Virus record (IMG/VR): IMGVR_UViG_2802429221_000013
Direction: 5' to 3' (one strand)
DNA from: a virus
Taxonomy: Duplodnaviria; Heunggongvirae; Uroviricota; Caudoviricetes
Length of the DNA: 31,751 bases
The position numbers and the translations under genes were made by a program. Shown here piece by piece: positions 8,699-17,847 of this stretch; position 1 is the stretch's first letter; each line of letters begins with the position of its first letter. The notes under the pieces were generated by a model. It searched no databases. It saw only the letters and a program-made list of their open reading frames with translations, and was not told where the DNA came from.

Positions 8699-9151
8699 AT
8701 GGATTTCAAAAATTCATTAGCTGTGGGGATAGAGGCAGCAAAAAAAGCAAGATCAAATAAAGAAGAAATATTTAGTATTATCAGTGATTTAAGTGATAGT
8801 ATAAAGGAGTATAGTCAAGGGCGAGTGTTTTTGAAAATTACGAGTGAAAAAAAACTTGCATCTAATCAGACAGCGCTTACTGCCGTTGTGAGTTCGTTTA
8901 CAAACATCAACCCTTACATCGATTACGAAGCTCTATCGTTCGTAACTAAGAGAGAGCAAACAGAAGTTAAAGAGAACATTGCTGTTTGGAAGATAAATGA
9001 ATCAGATGGTTATCCATGTGTGATTTCTTATAACAAACGGGATGTTAGGTGCAAAGATAAAGAAACGTTAATCAAAGCGTTAAATGATCTAATGTCTGAT
9101 GCTAGCACCGGAGAAATTCTTTTAAGACTTATGAATACAGAGGAAGCATAA
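8699..9151 (+). CDS. Hypothetical protein, partner of the EEP protein
   Basis: 150-aa ORF starting 5 bp after the EEP stop, same AT-rich composition. No motif I recognise. Confidence 0.55.
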   Translation: MDFKNSLAVGIEAAKKARSNKEEIFSIISDLSDSIKEYSQGRVFLKITSEKKLASNQTALTAVVSSFTNINPYIDYEALSFVTKREQTEVKENIAVWKINESDGYPCVISYNKRDVRCKDKETLIKALNDLMSDASTGEILLRLMNTEEA

Positions 9152-9353
9152 TGATTTGTGAGGAGGACATTTTTTGAGTTGTTAGTGTATGCTTATAATT
9201 TACTTTGGCAGTTTTTTAACGTATCGACATAATCCTCTTCCTTGCATGAAAATGCATGCGTTTTGGACATCGTGATTGTTTGGGCGTTGCTAGCTTTTGT
9301 TCAGTCTGAGAGAGCTCATGCACCTGCATCAAAATCGCCCCATGAAGCGCGCA

Positions 9354-9372
9354 GGCGAGGCGGGGAAAGCAC
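9354..9372. other. cos cohesive-end site (19 nt, GGCGAGGCGGGGAAAGCAC)
   Basis: Matches the P2 19-nt cohesive-end sequence as I recall it, at the expected map position just beyond the Q gene, between Q and the cargo slot. Confidence 0.7.
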
Positions 9373-9512
9373 TGCGCGCTGGCGGTGGTGCTGATTTTAT
9401 TTTTTCAGCGTCTGAGCGCGTCGTGATGGCGTTTAGATTGTGTGCCGGGGCGTTGGTTTGTCTGCGGGCTGTTTTGCGTGGAGGTGAGCGTGTGAGGGCG
9501 TGATGACGGGGT

Positions 9513-9536
9513 GTAAAAAAGCCGCCCGCAGGCGGC
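9513..9536 (-). terminator. Rho-independent terminator downstream of Q (minus strand)
   Basis: On the minus strand: GCCGCC-TGCG-GGCGGC hairpin followed by TTTTTT, immediately 3' of the Q stop. Confidence 0.6.
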
Positions 9537-9541
9537 GATGT

Positions 9542-10576
9542 TCAGCCGTTGTCAGTGTCCAGTGAGTAGTTTTTAAAGCGGATGACCTCCTGACCGAGCC
9601 AGTCGTTTATTTCCCGAATCCTGTCCTGTAACGGGATAAGCTCATTGCGGACAAAGACCTTTGCCACTTTCTCAATATCACCCAGCGATCCGACGTTCTC
9701 CGGCTTGCCGCCCATCAACTGAAAGGGGATACGGTGCGCGTCCAGCAGGTCAGCGGCGCTGGCTTTTTTGATATTAAAAAAATCGTCCTTCGTTGCCACT
9801 TCACTGAGCGGGATAATTTTAATGCCGTCAGCTTTCCCCTGCGGGGCATAGAGAAACAGGTTTTTAAAGTTGTTGCGGCCTTTCGACTTCACCATGTTTT
9901 CGCGAAGCATTTCGATATCGTTGCGATCCTGCACGGCATCGGTGACGTACATGATGTATCCGGCATGTGCGCCGTTTTCGTAATACTTGCGGCGGAACAG
10001 CGTGGCCGACTCATTCAGCCAGGCAGAGTTAAGGGCGCTGAGATATTCCGGCAGACCGTACAGCTCCTGATTAATATCCGGCTCCAGCAGGTGAAACACG
10101 GAGCCGGGTGCGAAGGCTGTCGGCTCGTTGAAGGACGGCACCCACCAGTAAATATCCTCTTCCACACCACGGCGGGTATATTTTGCCGGTGAGGTTTCCA
10201 GCCTGATAACTTTACCGGTGGTGCTGTAACGCTTTTCCAGAAACGCATTACCGAACACCAGAAAATCCAGCACAAAGCGGTTGAAATCCTGCTGGGAAAG
10301 CCACGGATGCGGGATAAATGTCGAGGCCAGAATATTGCGTTTGACGTAAATCGGTGAGCTGTGATGCACGGCAGCACGCAGGCTTTTTGCCAGACCGGTA
10401 AAGCTGACCGGTGGCTCATACCATCTGCCGTTACTGATGCATTCGACGTAATCCAGAATGTCACGGCGGTCGAGTACCGGCACCGGCTCGCCAAAGGTGA
10501 ATGCCTCCATTTTCGGGGCGCTGGCGGTCATTGTTTTTGCCGCAGGTTGCGGTGTTTTCCCTTTTTTCTTGCTCAT
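9542..10576 (-). CDS. Q: Portal protein (P2 gpQ)
   Basis: 344 aa, the P2 gpQ length; N-terminus MSKKKGKTPQPAAKTMTAS and overall sequence match my recollection of P2 gpQ. Leftward orientation next to cos as in P2. Confidence 0.9.
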   Translation of the reverse strand: MSKKKGKTPQPAAKTMTASAPKMEAFTFGEPVPVLDRRDILDYVECISNGRWYEPPVSFTGLAKSLRAAVHHSSPIYVKRNILASTFIPHPWLSQQDFNRFVLDFLVFGNAFLEKRYSTTGKVIRLETSPAKYTRRGVEEDIYWWVPSFNEPTAFAPGSVFHLLEPDINQELYGLPEYLSALNSAWLNESATLFRRKYYENGAHAGYIMYVTDAVQDRNDIEMLRENMVKSKGRNNFKNLFLYAPQGKADGIKIIPLSEVATKDDFFNIKKASAADLLDAHRIPFQLMGGKPENVGSLGDIEKVAKVFVRNELIPLQDRIREINDWLGQEVIRFKNYSLDTDNG

Positions 10577-12348
10577 CAGTAAAACTCCAGAATGGTGGAT
10601 GTCAGCGGGGTGCTGATACCGGCGGTGAGTGGCTCATTTAACAGGGCGTGCATGGTCGCCCAGGCGAGGTCGGCGTGGCTGGCTTCCTCGCTGCGGCTGG
10701 CCTCATAGGTGGCGCTGCGTCCGCTGCTGGTCATGGTCTTGCGGATAGCCATAAACGAGCTGGTGATGTCAGTGGCGCTGACGTCATATTCCAGACAGCC
10801 ACGGCGGATAACGTCTTTTGCCTTGAGCACCATTGCGGTTTTCATTTCCGGCGTGTAGCGGATGTCGCGCGCGGCGGGATAGAACGAGCGCACGAGCTGG
10901 AACACGCCGACACCGAGGCCGGTGGCATCAATACCGATGTATTCGACGTTGTATTTCTCGGTGAGTTTGCGGATGGATTCCGCCTGGGTGGCAAAGTCCA
11001 TGCCTTTCCACTGATGGCGCTCAAGTATCCTGAATTTGCCACCGGCCACCACCGGCGGTGCCAGCACCACGCATCCGGCACTGTCGCCACGGTGTGACGG
11101 GTCGTAACCAATCCATACCGGGCGGGAGCCGAACGGATTCGCGGCAAACGGCGCATAGTCTTCCCATTCTTCCAGCGTGTCGACCATGCAGCGTTGCAGC
11201 TCCTCGAACGGGAACACCGACGCCTTGTCGTCAACAAATTCACACATGAACAGGTTTTTAAAATCGTCGGCGCTGTTTTCGCGTTTAAGCTGCTCAATGT
11301 CGAACAGCGTGCAGCCACCTTTCAGGGCGTCCTCAATGGTGACAATCTGCCGCCACTGGCCGTCCGCACAGAGAAGCCCACCGGCAAGGGCGTTATGACT
11401 GACGTCGATTTCCACGCGTTCAGCGGCGCTGGCGCGTCCCCGGTTAAACAGTTCCCCCGACCAGAACGGGTAGGCGTCGTGCGCCAGCGTGGATGGGGTG
11501 GAGAAATAGGTCGAGCGCAGGTGACTCTGTGAGGCCATACCGGATGCCACCTTACGCAGCACCTGAAAATTCGGGATCCAGAAAATCTCGTCGACGTACA
11601 GGTCGCCGTTATGGCTCTGTGCGGTGTTGGAGTTGGTGCCGAGAAAAATCAGTTTTGCGCCGTTATTGCCCAGGACAATCGGGTCACCGGTCAGGTCAAC
11701 GTCAACCAGACGGGCAAAGGCGATGATGTATTCACGGAACACATACGCCTGCGTTTTACTGGCCGACAGAAAAATCTGGTTATGACCGGTTTTCAGGGCA
11801 CGCAGCAGCGCCTCGCGGGAAAAATAAAACGTTGCGCCAATCTGGCGGGATTTCAGGATATCGCGGATGCGGTGCTCAAGCCCGGCGCGATACCAGTGCA
11901 ACTGATAGTCGAAAGACTGCTCAAAGAAAATCTGTTCCAGCTTTTCGATGGCCTCGTCACTGAAAAAATTCTTTTTCGGTTTGCGCCGTCCGCCTTTGTT
12001 GCGGTTAGCGACGTTCGGATTAAGGTCTGCCTCGTTGCCGGTCTGACTGTAACGGTTTACCCGTGCCAGTCGTTCAATCTGGCGTCCCAGCAGGTCAATT
12101 TCCTTGAAGTCACCGCCGGTTTTCTGCGGTTTGATGATGAGCTGGGTCAGCCGCGCTTCCAGACTCATTTCGACACGGCTGATGGGGGCAACGCTGTCCC
12201 AGCCGTCGCGCTGTTTCCAGCTCTGCACCGTCGGGCGTTTCATCTGCAACATGGCGGCAATCTGCGGCACGGAAAACCCCTGCCAGTACAGCAGCGCCGC
12301 CTGACGACGCGGGTCGTGTAAAAGAGTGGTGTCTGTGGTGATGGTCAT
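10576..12348 (-). CDS. P: Terminase large subunit / ATPase (P2 gpP)
   Basis: From the ATG at 12348 (minus strand) the product is 590 aa starting MTITTDTTLLHDPRRQ, as P2 gpP. Overlaps the Q start by 1 nt. Confidence 0.9.
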   Translation of the reverse strand: MTITTDTTLLHDPRRQAALLYWQGFSVPQIAAMLQMKRPTVQSWKQRDGWDSVAPISRVEMSLEARLTQLIIKPQKTGGDFKEIDLLGRQIERLARVNRYSQTGNEADLNPNVANRNKGGRRKPKKNFFSDEAIEKLEQIFFEQSFDYQLHWYRAGLEHRIRDILKSRQIGATFYFSREALLRALKTGHNQIFLSASKTQAYVFREYIIAFARLVDVDLTGDPIVLGNNGAKLIFLGTNSNTAQSHNGDLYVDEIFWIPNFQVLRKVASGMASQSHLRSTYFSTPSTLAHDAYPFWSGELFNRGRASAAERVEIDVSHNALAGGLLCADGQWRQIVTIEDALKGGCTLFDIEQLKRENSADDFKNLFMCEFVDDKASVFPFEELQRCMVDTLEEWEDYAPFAANPFGSRPVWIGYDPSHRGDSAGCVVLAPPVVAGGKFRILERHQWKGMDFATQAESIRKLTEKYNVEYIGIDATGLGVGVFQLVRSFYPAARDIRYTPEMKTAMVLKAKDVIRRGCLEYDVSATDITSSFMAIRKTMTSSGRSATYEASRSEEASHADLAWATMHALLNEPLTAGISTPLTSTILEFY

Positions 12349-12521
12349 GAATACCTCGCCGTGATGAATACACGGCAAGGCTACTGAGTCGCGCCCCGCG
12401 ATTCGCTAAGGTGCTGTTGTGTCAGTGATAAGCCATCCGGGACTGATGGCGGAGGATGCGCATCGTCGGGAAACTGATGCCGACATGTGACTCCTCTAAT
12501 CACTATTCAGGACTCCTGACA

Positions 12522-13376
12522 ATGGCAAAAAAAGTCTCAAAATTCTTTCGTATCGGCGTTGAGGGTGACACCTGTGACGGGCGTGTCATCAGTGCGCAGG
12601 ATATTCAGGAAATGGCCGAAACCTTTGACCCGCGAGTCTATGGTTGCCGCATTAACCTGGAACATCTGCGCGGCATCCTGCCTGACGGTATTTTTAAGCG
12701 TTATGGCGATGTGGTCGAACTGAAGGCTGAAAAGATTGACGATGATTCGGCGCTGAAAGGCAAATGGGCGCTGTTTGCGAAAATCACCCCGACCGATGAC
12801 CTTATCGCGATGAACAAGGCCGCGCAGAAGGTCTACACCTCAATGGAAATTCAGCCGAATTTTGCCAACACCGGCAAATGTTATCTGGTGGGGCTGGCCG
12901 TCACCGATGACCCGGCAAGCCTCGGCACGGAATACCTGGAATTCTGCCGCACGGCAAAACACAACCCCCTGAACCGCTTCAAATTAAGCCCTGAAAACCT
13001 GATTTCAGTGGCAACGCCAGTTGAGCTGGAATTTGAAGACCTGCCTGAAACCGTGTTCACCGCCCTGACCGAAAAGGTGAAATCCATTTTTGGCCGCAAA
13101 CAGGCCAGCGATGACGCCCGTCTGAATGACGTGCATGAAGCGGTGACCGCTGTTGCTGAACATGTGCAGGAAAAACTGAGCGCCACTGAGCAGCGCCTCG
13201 CTGAGATGGAAACCGCCTTTTCCGCACTTAAGCAGGAGGTGACTGACAGGGCGGATGAAACCAGCCAGGCATTCAGCCGCCTGAAAAACAGTCTCGACCA
13301 CACCGAAAGTCTGACCCAGCAGCGCCGCAGCAAGGCCACCGGCGGTGGCGGTGACGCCCTGATGACGAACTGCTGA
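12522..13376 (+). CDS. O: Capsid scaffolding protein (P2 gpO)
   Basis: The internal ATG at 12522 gives 284 aa, the P2 gpO length, starting MAKKVSKFFRIGVEGD. Divergent from P. Confidence 0.85.
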   Translation: MAKKVSKFFRIGVEGDTCDGRVISAQDIQEMAETFDPRVYGCRINLEHLRGILPDGIFKRYGDVVELKAEKIDDDSALKGKWALFAKITPTDDLIAMNKAAQKVYTSMEIQPNFANTGKCYLVGLAVTDDPASLGTEYLEFCRTAKHNPLNRFKLSPENLISVATPVELEFEDLPETVFTALTEKVKSIFGRKQASDDARLNDVHEAVTAVAEHVQEKLSATEQRLAEMETAFSALKQEVTDRADETSQAFSRLKNSLDHTESLTQQRRSKATGGGGDALMTNC

Positions 13377-13434
13377 CCGGCGTCAGTCAGTCCGGGAAAA
13401 CCTTCACGATTAACCCTTAATTTCAGGAAAAACT

Positions 13435-14508
13435 ATGCGCCAGGAAACCCGCTTTAAATTTAATGCCTACCTGTCCCGTGTTGCCGAACTGAACGGCATC
13501 GACGCCGGTGATGTGTCGAAAAAATTCACCGTTGAACCGTCGGTCACCCAGACCCTGATGAACACCATGCAGGAGTCCTCTGACTTTCTGACCCGCATCA
13601 ACATTGTGCCGGTCAGCGAAATGAAAGGGGAAAAAATTGGTATTGGTGTCACCGGCTCCATCGCCAGCACCACCGACACCGCCGGTGGCACCGAGCGTCA
13701 GCCGAAGGACTTCTCGAAGCTGGCGTCAAACAAGTACGAATGCGACCAGATTAACTTCGATTTTTATATCCGCTACAAAACGCTTGACCTGTGGGCGCGT
13801 TATCAGGATTTCCAGCTCCGTATCCGTAACGCCATTATCAAACGCCAGTCCCTTGATTTCATCATGGCCGGTTTTAACGGCGTGAAGCGTGCCGAAACCT
13901 CTGACCGCAGCAGCAATCCGATGCTGCAGGATGTGGCGGTCGGCTGGCTGCAGAAATACCGCAATGAAGCCCCGGCGCGCGTGATGAGCAAGGTTACTGA
14001 CGAGGAAGGTCACACGACCTCTGAGGTCATCCGCGTGGGCAAGGGCGGTGATTATGCCAGCCTCGATGCACTGGTGATGGATGCGACCAACAACCTGATT
14101 GAGCCGTGGTATCAGGAAGACCCTGACCTTGTGGTGATTGTGGGACGTCAGCTACTGGCGGACAAGTATTTCCCCATCGTTAACAAGGAGCAGGATAACA
14201 GCGAAATGCTGGCCGCTGACGTCATTATCAGCCAGAAACGCATCGGTAACCTGCCGGCGGTACGCGTCCCGTACTTCCCGGCGGATGCGATGCTCATCAC
14301 GAAGCTGGAAAACCTGTCCATCTACTACATGGATGACAGCCATCGCCGCGTGATTGTGGAAAACCCGAAACTCGACCGCGTGGAGAACTACGAGTCAATG
14401 AACATTGATTACGTGGTGGAAGACTACGCCGCCGGTTGTCTGGTGGAAAAAATTAAGGTCGGTGATTTCTCCACACCGGCTAAGGCGACCGCAGAGCCGG
14501 GAGCGTAA
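13435..14508 (+). CDS. N: Major capsid protein (P2 gpN)
   Basis: 357 aa, the P2 gpN length, in the O-N-M order. Confidence 0.9.
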   Translation: MRQETRFKFNAYLSRVAELNGIDAGDVSKKFTVEPSVTQTLMNTMQESSDFLTRINIVPVSEMKGEKIGIGVTGSIASTTDTAGGTERQPKDFSKLASNKYECDQINFDFYIRYKTLDLWARYQDFQLRIRNAIIKRQSLDFIMAGFNGVKRAETSDRSSNPMLQDVAVGWLQKYRNEAPARVMSKVTDEEGHTTSEVIRVGKGGDYASLDALVMDATNNLIEPWYQEDPDLVVIVGRQLLADKYFPIVNKEQDNSEMLAADVIISQKRIGNLPAVRVPYFPADAMLITKLENLSIYYMDDSHRRVIVENPKLDRVENYESMNIDYVVEDYAAGCLVEKIKVGDFSTPAKATAEPGA

Positions 14509-14511
14509 CCG

Positions 14512-15255
14512 ATGACGAGTCCCGCACAGCGCCACATGATGCGGGTCTCGGCAGCGATGACCGCGCAGCGGGAAGCCGCCCCGCTGCGACATGCAACTGT
14601 CTATGAGCAGATGCTGGTCAAGCTGGCCGCAGACCAGCGCACACTGAAAGCGATTTATTCAAAAGAGCTGAAGGCCGCGAAAAAGCGCGAACTGCTGCCG
14701 TTCTGGTTGCCGTGGGTGAACGGCGTGCTGGAGCAGGGCAAAGGCGCACAGGATGACATTCTGATGACGGTCATGCTGTGGCGTCTGGATACCGGCGATA
14801 TTGCCGGTGCGCTGGAGATTGCCCGTTATGCCCTGAAGTACGGTCTGACCATGCCGGGTAAACACCGCCGTACCCCGCCGTACATGTTCACCGAGGAGGT
14901 GGCGCTTGCGGCCATGCGCGCTCACGCTGCCGGTGAATCCGTGGATACCCGCCTGCTGACGGAGACCCTTGAACTGACCGCCACGGCTGACATGCCTGAT
15001 GAAGTGCGCGCAAAGCTGCACAAAATCACCGGTCTGTTTCTGCGTGACGCTGGTGATGCTGCAGGTGCGCTGGCGCACCTGCAACGTGCGACACAGCTCG
15101 ACTGTCAGGCAGGCGTCAAAAAAGAGATTGAACGACTGGAGCGGGAGCTGAAACCGAAGCCGGAGCCGCAGCCCAAAGCGGCCACCCGTGCCCCGCGTAA
15201 GATCCGGAGCGTGACACCGGCAAAACGTGGACGCCCGAAAAAGAAAGCCAGTTAA
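14512..15255 (+). CDS. M: Terminase small subunit / endonuclease subunit (P2 gpM)
   Basis: 247 aa, the P2 gpM length, with a basic C-terminal tail. Confidence 0.85.
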   Translation: MTSPAQRHMMRVSAAMTAQREAAPLRHATVYEQMLVKLAADQRTLKAIYSKELKAAKKRELLPFWLPWVNGVLEQGKGAQDDILMTVMLWRLDTGDIAGALEIARYALKYGLTMPGKHRRTPPYMFTEEVALAAMRAHAAGESVDTRLLTETLELTATADMPDEVRAKLHKITGLFLRDAGDAAGALAHLQRATQLDCQAGVKKEIERLERELKPKPEPQPKAATRAPRKIRSVTPAKRGRPKKKAS

Positions 15256-15354
15256 CAACCGAATGCGCCCCGCGCCAGGGCGGCACGCCGGTCAGTGAGG
15301 GTGAATCACCTGACACTGCACCGGCGTCCACCGCCCGACTTTTCAGAGGTAGTC

Positions 15355-15864
15355 ATGATGACGCTGATTATTCCGCGAAAGGAGGCTCCCGTGTCCGGTG
15401 AGGGTACGGTGGTCATCCCGCAACCGGCAGGCGACGAGCCGGTGATTAAAAACACGTTCTTTTTTCCCGATATCGACCCGAAGCGCGTCCGGGAACGTAT
15501 GCGCCTTGAGCAGACCGTCGCCCCCGCCCGTCTGCGTGAGGCCATCAAGTCAGGCATGGCGGAAACAAATGCGGAGCTGTACGAGTACCGCGAACAGAAA
15601 ATTGCCGCCGGTTTTACGCGTCTGGCGGACGTTCCGGCGGACGACATCGACGGTGAAAGTATCAAAGTTTTTTACTACGAGCGCGCCGTGTGTGCGATGG
15701 CGACCGCGTCGCTTTATGAGCGTTATCGCGGCGTGGATGCCAGTGCGAAAGGCGACAAGAAGGCCGACAGCATTGACAGCACCATTGATGAGCTGTGGCG
15801 GGATATGCGCTGGGCGGTGGCGCGCATCCAGGACAAGCCGCGCTGCATCGTGAGTCAAATCTGA
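15355..15864 (+). CDS. L: Head completion/stabilisation protein (P2 gpL)
   Basis: The ATG at 15355 follows a GAGG ribosome-binding site and gives 169 aa, the P2 gpL length. Stop overlaps the X start (ATGA). Confidence 0.85.
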   Translation: MMTLIIPRKEAPVSGEGTVVIPQPAGDEPVIKNTFFFPDIDPKRVRERMRLEQTVAPARLREAIKSGMAETNAELYEYREQKIAAGFTRLADVPADDIDGESIKVFYYERAVCAMATASLYERYRGVDASAKGDKKADSIDSTIDELWRDMRWAVARIQDKPRCIVSQI

Positions 15865-16067
15865 TGAAGACCTTTGCGCTACAGGGCGACACGCTCGACG
15901 CCATCTGTGTCCGGTATTACGGGCGCACTGAGGGCGTGGTCGAAGCCGTGCTCGCCGCAAATCCGGGACTGGCTGAACTGGGCGCGGTGCTGCCGCACGG
16001 CACCGCCGTCGAACTGCCCGACGTTCAGACCGCGCCCGTGGCTGAAACTGTCAATCTGTGGGAGTAA
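15864..16067 (+). CDS. X: Tail protein X (P2 gpX)
   Basis: 67 aa starting MKTFALQGDTLDAICVRYYGRTEGVVE, as P2 gpX; the ORF-track start at 15795 is an over-extension. Confidence 0.85.
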   Translation: MKTFALQGDTLDAICVRYYGRTEGVVEAVLAANPGLAELGAVLPHGTAVELPDVQTAPVAETVNLWE

Positions 16068-16070
16068 CGC

Positions 16071-16352
16071 ATGACAGCAGAAGAAAAAAGCGTCCTGTCG
16101 CTTTTCATGATTGGGGTGCTGATTGTTGTCGGCAAGGTGCTTGCCGGTAGTGAACCCATCACCCCGCGTCTGTTTATCGGGCGCATGTTGCTCGGTGGTT
16201 TTGTCTCGATGGTTGCCGGTGTTGTTCTGGTGCAGTTTCCTGACCTGTCACTGCCTGCGGTGTGCGGCATCGGCTCCATGCTGGGTATCGCCGGTTATCA
16301 GGTGATTGAGATTGCCATTCAGCGCCGTTTTAAGGGCAGGGGGAAACAGTAA
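16071..16352 (+). CDS. Y: Holin (P2 gpY)
   Basis: 93 aa with hydrophobic transmembrane segments and a charged C-terminus, first gene of the lysis cassette. Confidence 0.85.
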   Translation: MTAEEKSVLSLFMIGVLIVVGKVLAGSEPITPRLFIGRMLLGGFVSMVAGVVLVQFPDLSLPAVCGIGSMLGIAGYQVIEIAIQRRFKGRGKQ

Positions 16353-16849
16353 TGCCGGTAATTAACACGCATCAGAATATCGCCGCCTTTCTCGACATGC
16401 TGGCCGTGTCCGAAGGGACGGCGAATCATCCGCTGACGAAAAACCGGGGCTATGACGTGATAGTCACCGGACTGGACGGGAAGCCGGAAATCTTCACCGA
16501 CTACAGTGACCACCCGTTCGCACATGGCCGACCGGCGAAGGTGTTTAACCGTCGCGGTGAAAAATCCACGGCCTCCGGTCGCTATCAGCAGCTTTACCTG
16601 TTCTGGCCGCACTACCGCAAACAGCTTGCCCTGCCGGATTTCAGTCCGTTGTCACAGGACAGGCTCGCCATTCAGTTGATCCGCGAACGCGGTGCACTGG
16701 ATGACATCCGGGCGGGACGCATTGAGCGCGCCATTTCACGCTGTCGCAATATCTGGGCGTCCCTGCCGGGTGCCGGTTACGGTCAGCGTGAGCATTCACT
16801 GGAAAAACTGGTCACCGTCTGGCGTACCGCTGGCGGCGTACCGGCTTAA
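16352..16849 (+). CDS. K: Endolysin / lysozyme (P2 gpK)
   Basis: 165 aa, the P2 gpK length, directly after the holin. Confidence 0.85.
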   Translation: MPVINTHQNIAAFLDMLAVSEGTANHPLTKNRGYDVIVTGLDGKPEIFTDYSDHPFAHGRPAKVFNRRGEKSTASGRYQQLYLFWPHYRKQLALPDFSPLSQDRLAIQLIRERGALDDIRAGRIERAISRCRNIWASLPGAGYGQREHSLEKLVTVWRTAGGVPA

Positions 16850-16863
16850 ACGGAGTAAACACC

Positions 16864-17289
16864 ATGAAGAAATTATCCCTTTCACTGATGCTGAACGTGT
16901 CGCTGGCGCTGATGCTGGCACTGTCCCTGATTTACCCGCAGAGCGTGGCCGTCAATTTTGTCGCCACATGGGCGATTCTGGCGACGGTTATCTGTGTGGT
17001 TGCCGGTGGTGTCGGCGTGTATGCCACTGAGTATGTGCTGGAACGCTACGGACGGGAGCTGCCGCCGGAATCGCTGGCCGTGAAGATTGTCACGTCGCTG
17101 TTTTTGCAGCCGGTGCCGTGGCGCAGACGGGCGGCGGCTCTGGTAGTGATGGTGGCGACGTTTATCTCGCTGGTCGCTGCCGGGTGGATTTTTACCGCGC
17201 TGATTTATCTTGTGGCATCGGTGTTCTTCCGGCTGATACGTACGGCCTGCCGTCAGCGTTTTGAGGGGCGGGAACCATGTCAAAGCTGA
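16864..17289 (+). CDS. lysA: Lysis accessory membrane protein LysA
   Basis: 141 aa, predominantly hydrophobic, in the P2 LysA position. Confidence 0.8.
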   Translation: MKKLSLSLMLNVSLALMLALSLIYPQSVAVNFVATWAILATVICVVAGGVGVYATEYVLERYGRELPPESLAVKIVTSLFLQPVPWRRRAAALVVMVATFISLVAAGWIFTALIYLVASVFFRLIRTACRQRFEGREPCQS

Positions 17290-17702
17290 TGATTGTGCTG
17301 GTTGTGTTGTTATCACTGGCGGTGGCCGGTCTGTTTCTGGTGAAACACAAAAATGCCAGCCTGCGCGCCTCGCTGGACAGGGCGAACAACGTCGCCAGTG
17401 AACAGCAGACGACCATCACCATGCTGAAAAACCAGCTTCATGTTGCCCTTACCAGGGCAGACAAAAACGAGCTGGCGCAGGTGGCACTGCGTCAGGAACT
17501 GGAGAACGCCGCGAAACGTGAAGCACAGCGCGAGAAAACCATCACGAGGTTACTCAATGAAAACGAAGATTTTCGCCGCTGGTACGGTGCTGACCTGCCT
17601 GATGCTGTGCGCCGGTTGCACCAGCGCCCCGCCTGCACCGACGCCAGTGATTGTCCACAACGCCTGCCCGAAAGTGAGTCTTTGCCCGATGCCGGGCAGT
17701 GA
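17277..17702 (+). CDS. lysB: Spanin, inner-membrane subunit (Rz-like LysB)
   Basis: 141 aa with an N-terminal transmembrane segment followed by a charged helical region, in the P2 LysB position. Confidence 0.8.
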   Translation: MSKLMIVLVVLLSLAVAGLFLVKHKNASLRASLDRANNVASEQQTTITMLKNQLHVALTRADKNELAQVALRQELENAAKREAQREKTITRLLNENEDFRRWYGADLPDAVRRLHQRPACTDASDCPQRLPESESLPDAGQ

Positions 17703-17847
17703 CCCGGAGACGAACGGCGATTTAAGTGCCGATATCCGGCAGCTTGAGAACGCGCTGGCACGCTGTGCCAGCCAGGTAAAAATGATTAAACACTGTCAGG
17801 ACGAAAACGATGCTCAAACCCGACAGCCTGCGCAGGGCGCTGACTGA
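17557..17847 (+). CDS. lysC: Spanin, outer-membrane lipoprotein subunit (Rz1-like LysC), overlapping lysB in another frame
   Basis: The ATG at 17557 follows a GAGG ribosome-binding site; 96-aa product with signal peptide and lipobox (LCAGC). It starts inside lysB and runs past the lysB stop into the start of R. Confidence 0.75.
   Translation: MKTKIFAAGTVLTCLMLCAGCTSAPPAPTPVIVHNACPKVSLCPMPGSDPETNGDLSADIRQLENALARCASQVKMIKHCQDENDAQTRQPAQGAD

Noticed and set aside
9243-9264. Short GCATG/CATGC hairpin followed by TTTT after the EEP partner gene
   Set aside because: The stem is only about 5 bp, too weak to call a terminator confidently.
9297-9503. 68-aa plus-strand ORF in the cos region
   Set aside because: It spans the cos site and has GC-rich, low-complexity composition in a non-coding packaging region with no ribosome-binding site; most likely a spurious frame.
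9734-12373. Multiple ORFs antisense or out of frame within Q and P (e.g. 9734-10192, 10015-10494, 10648-11097, 10842-11318, 11611-12321)
   Set aside because: They lie fully inside the well-supported Q and P genes; GC-rich sequence yields long spurious frames.
12881-15960. Antisense or alternative-frame ORFs within O, N, M and L (e.g. 12881-13339, 13726-14013, 14659-15258, 15550-15960)
   Set aside because: Embedded in genes whose lengths and sequences match the P2 head proteins; no independent support.
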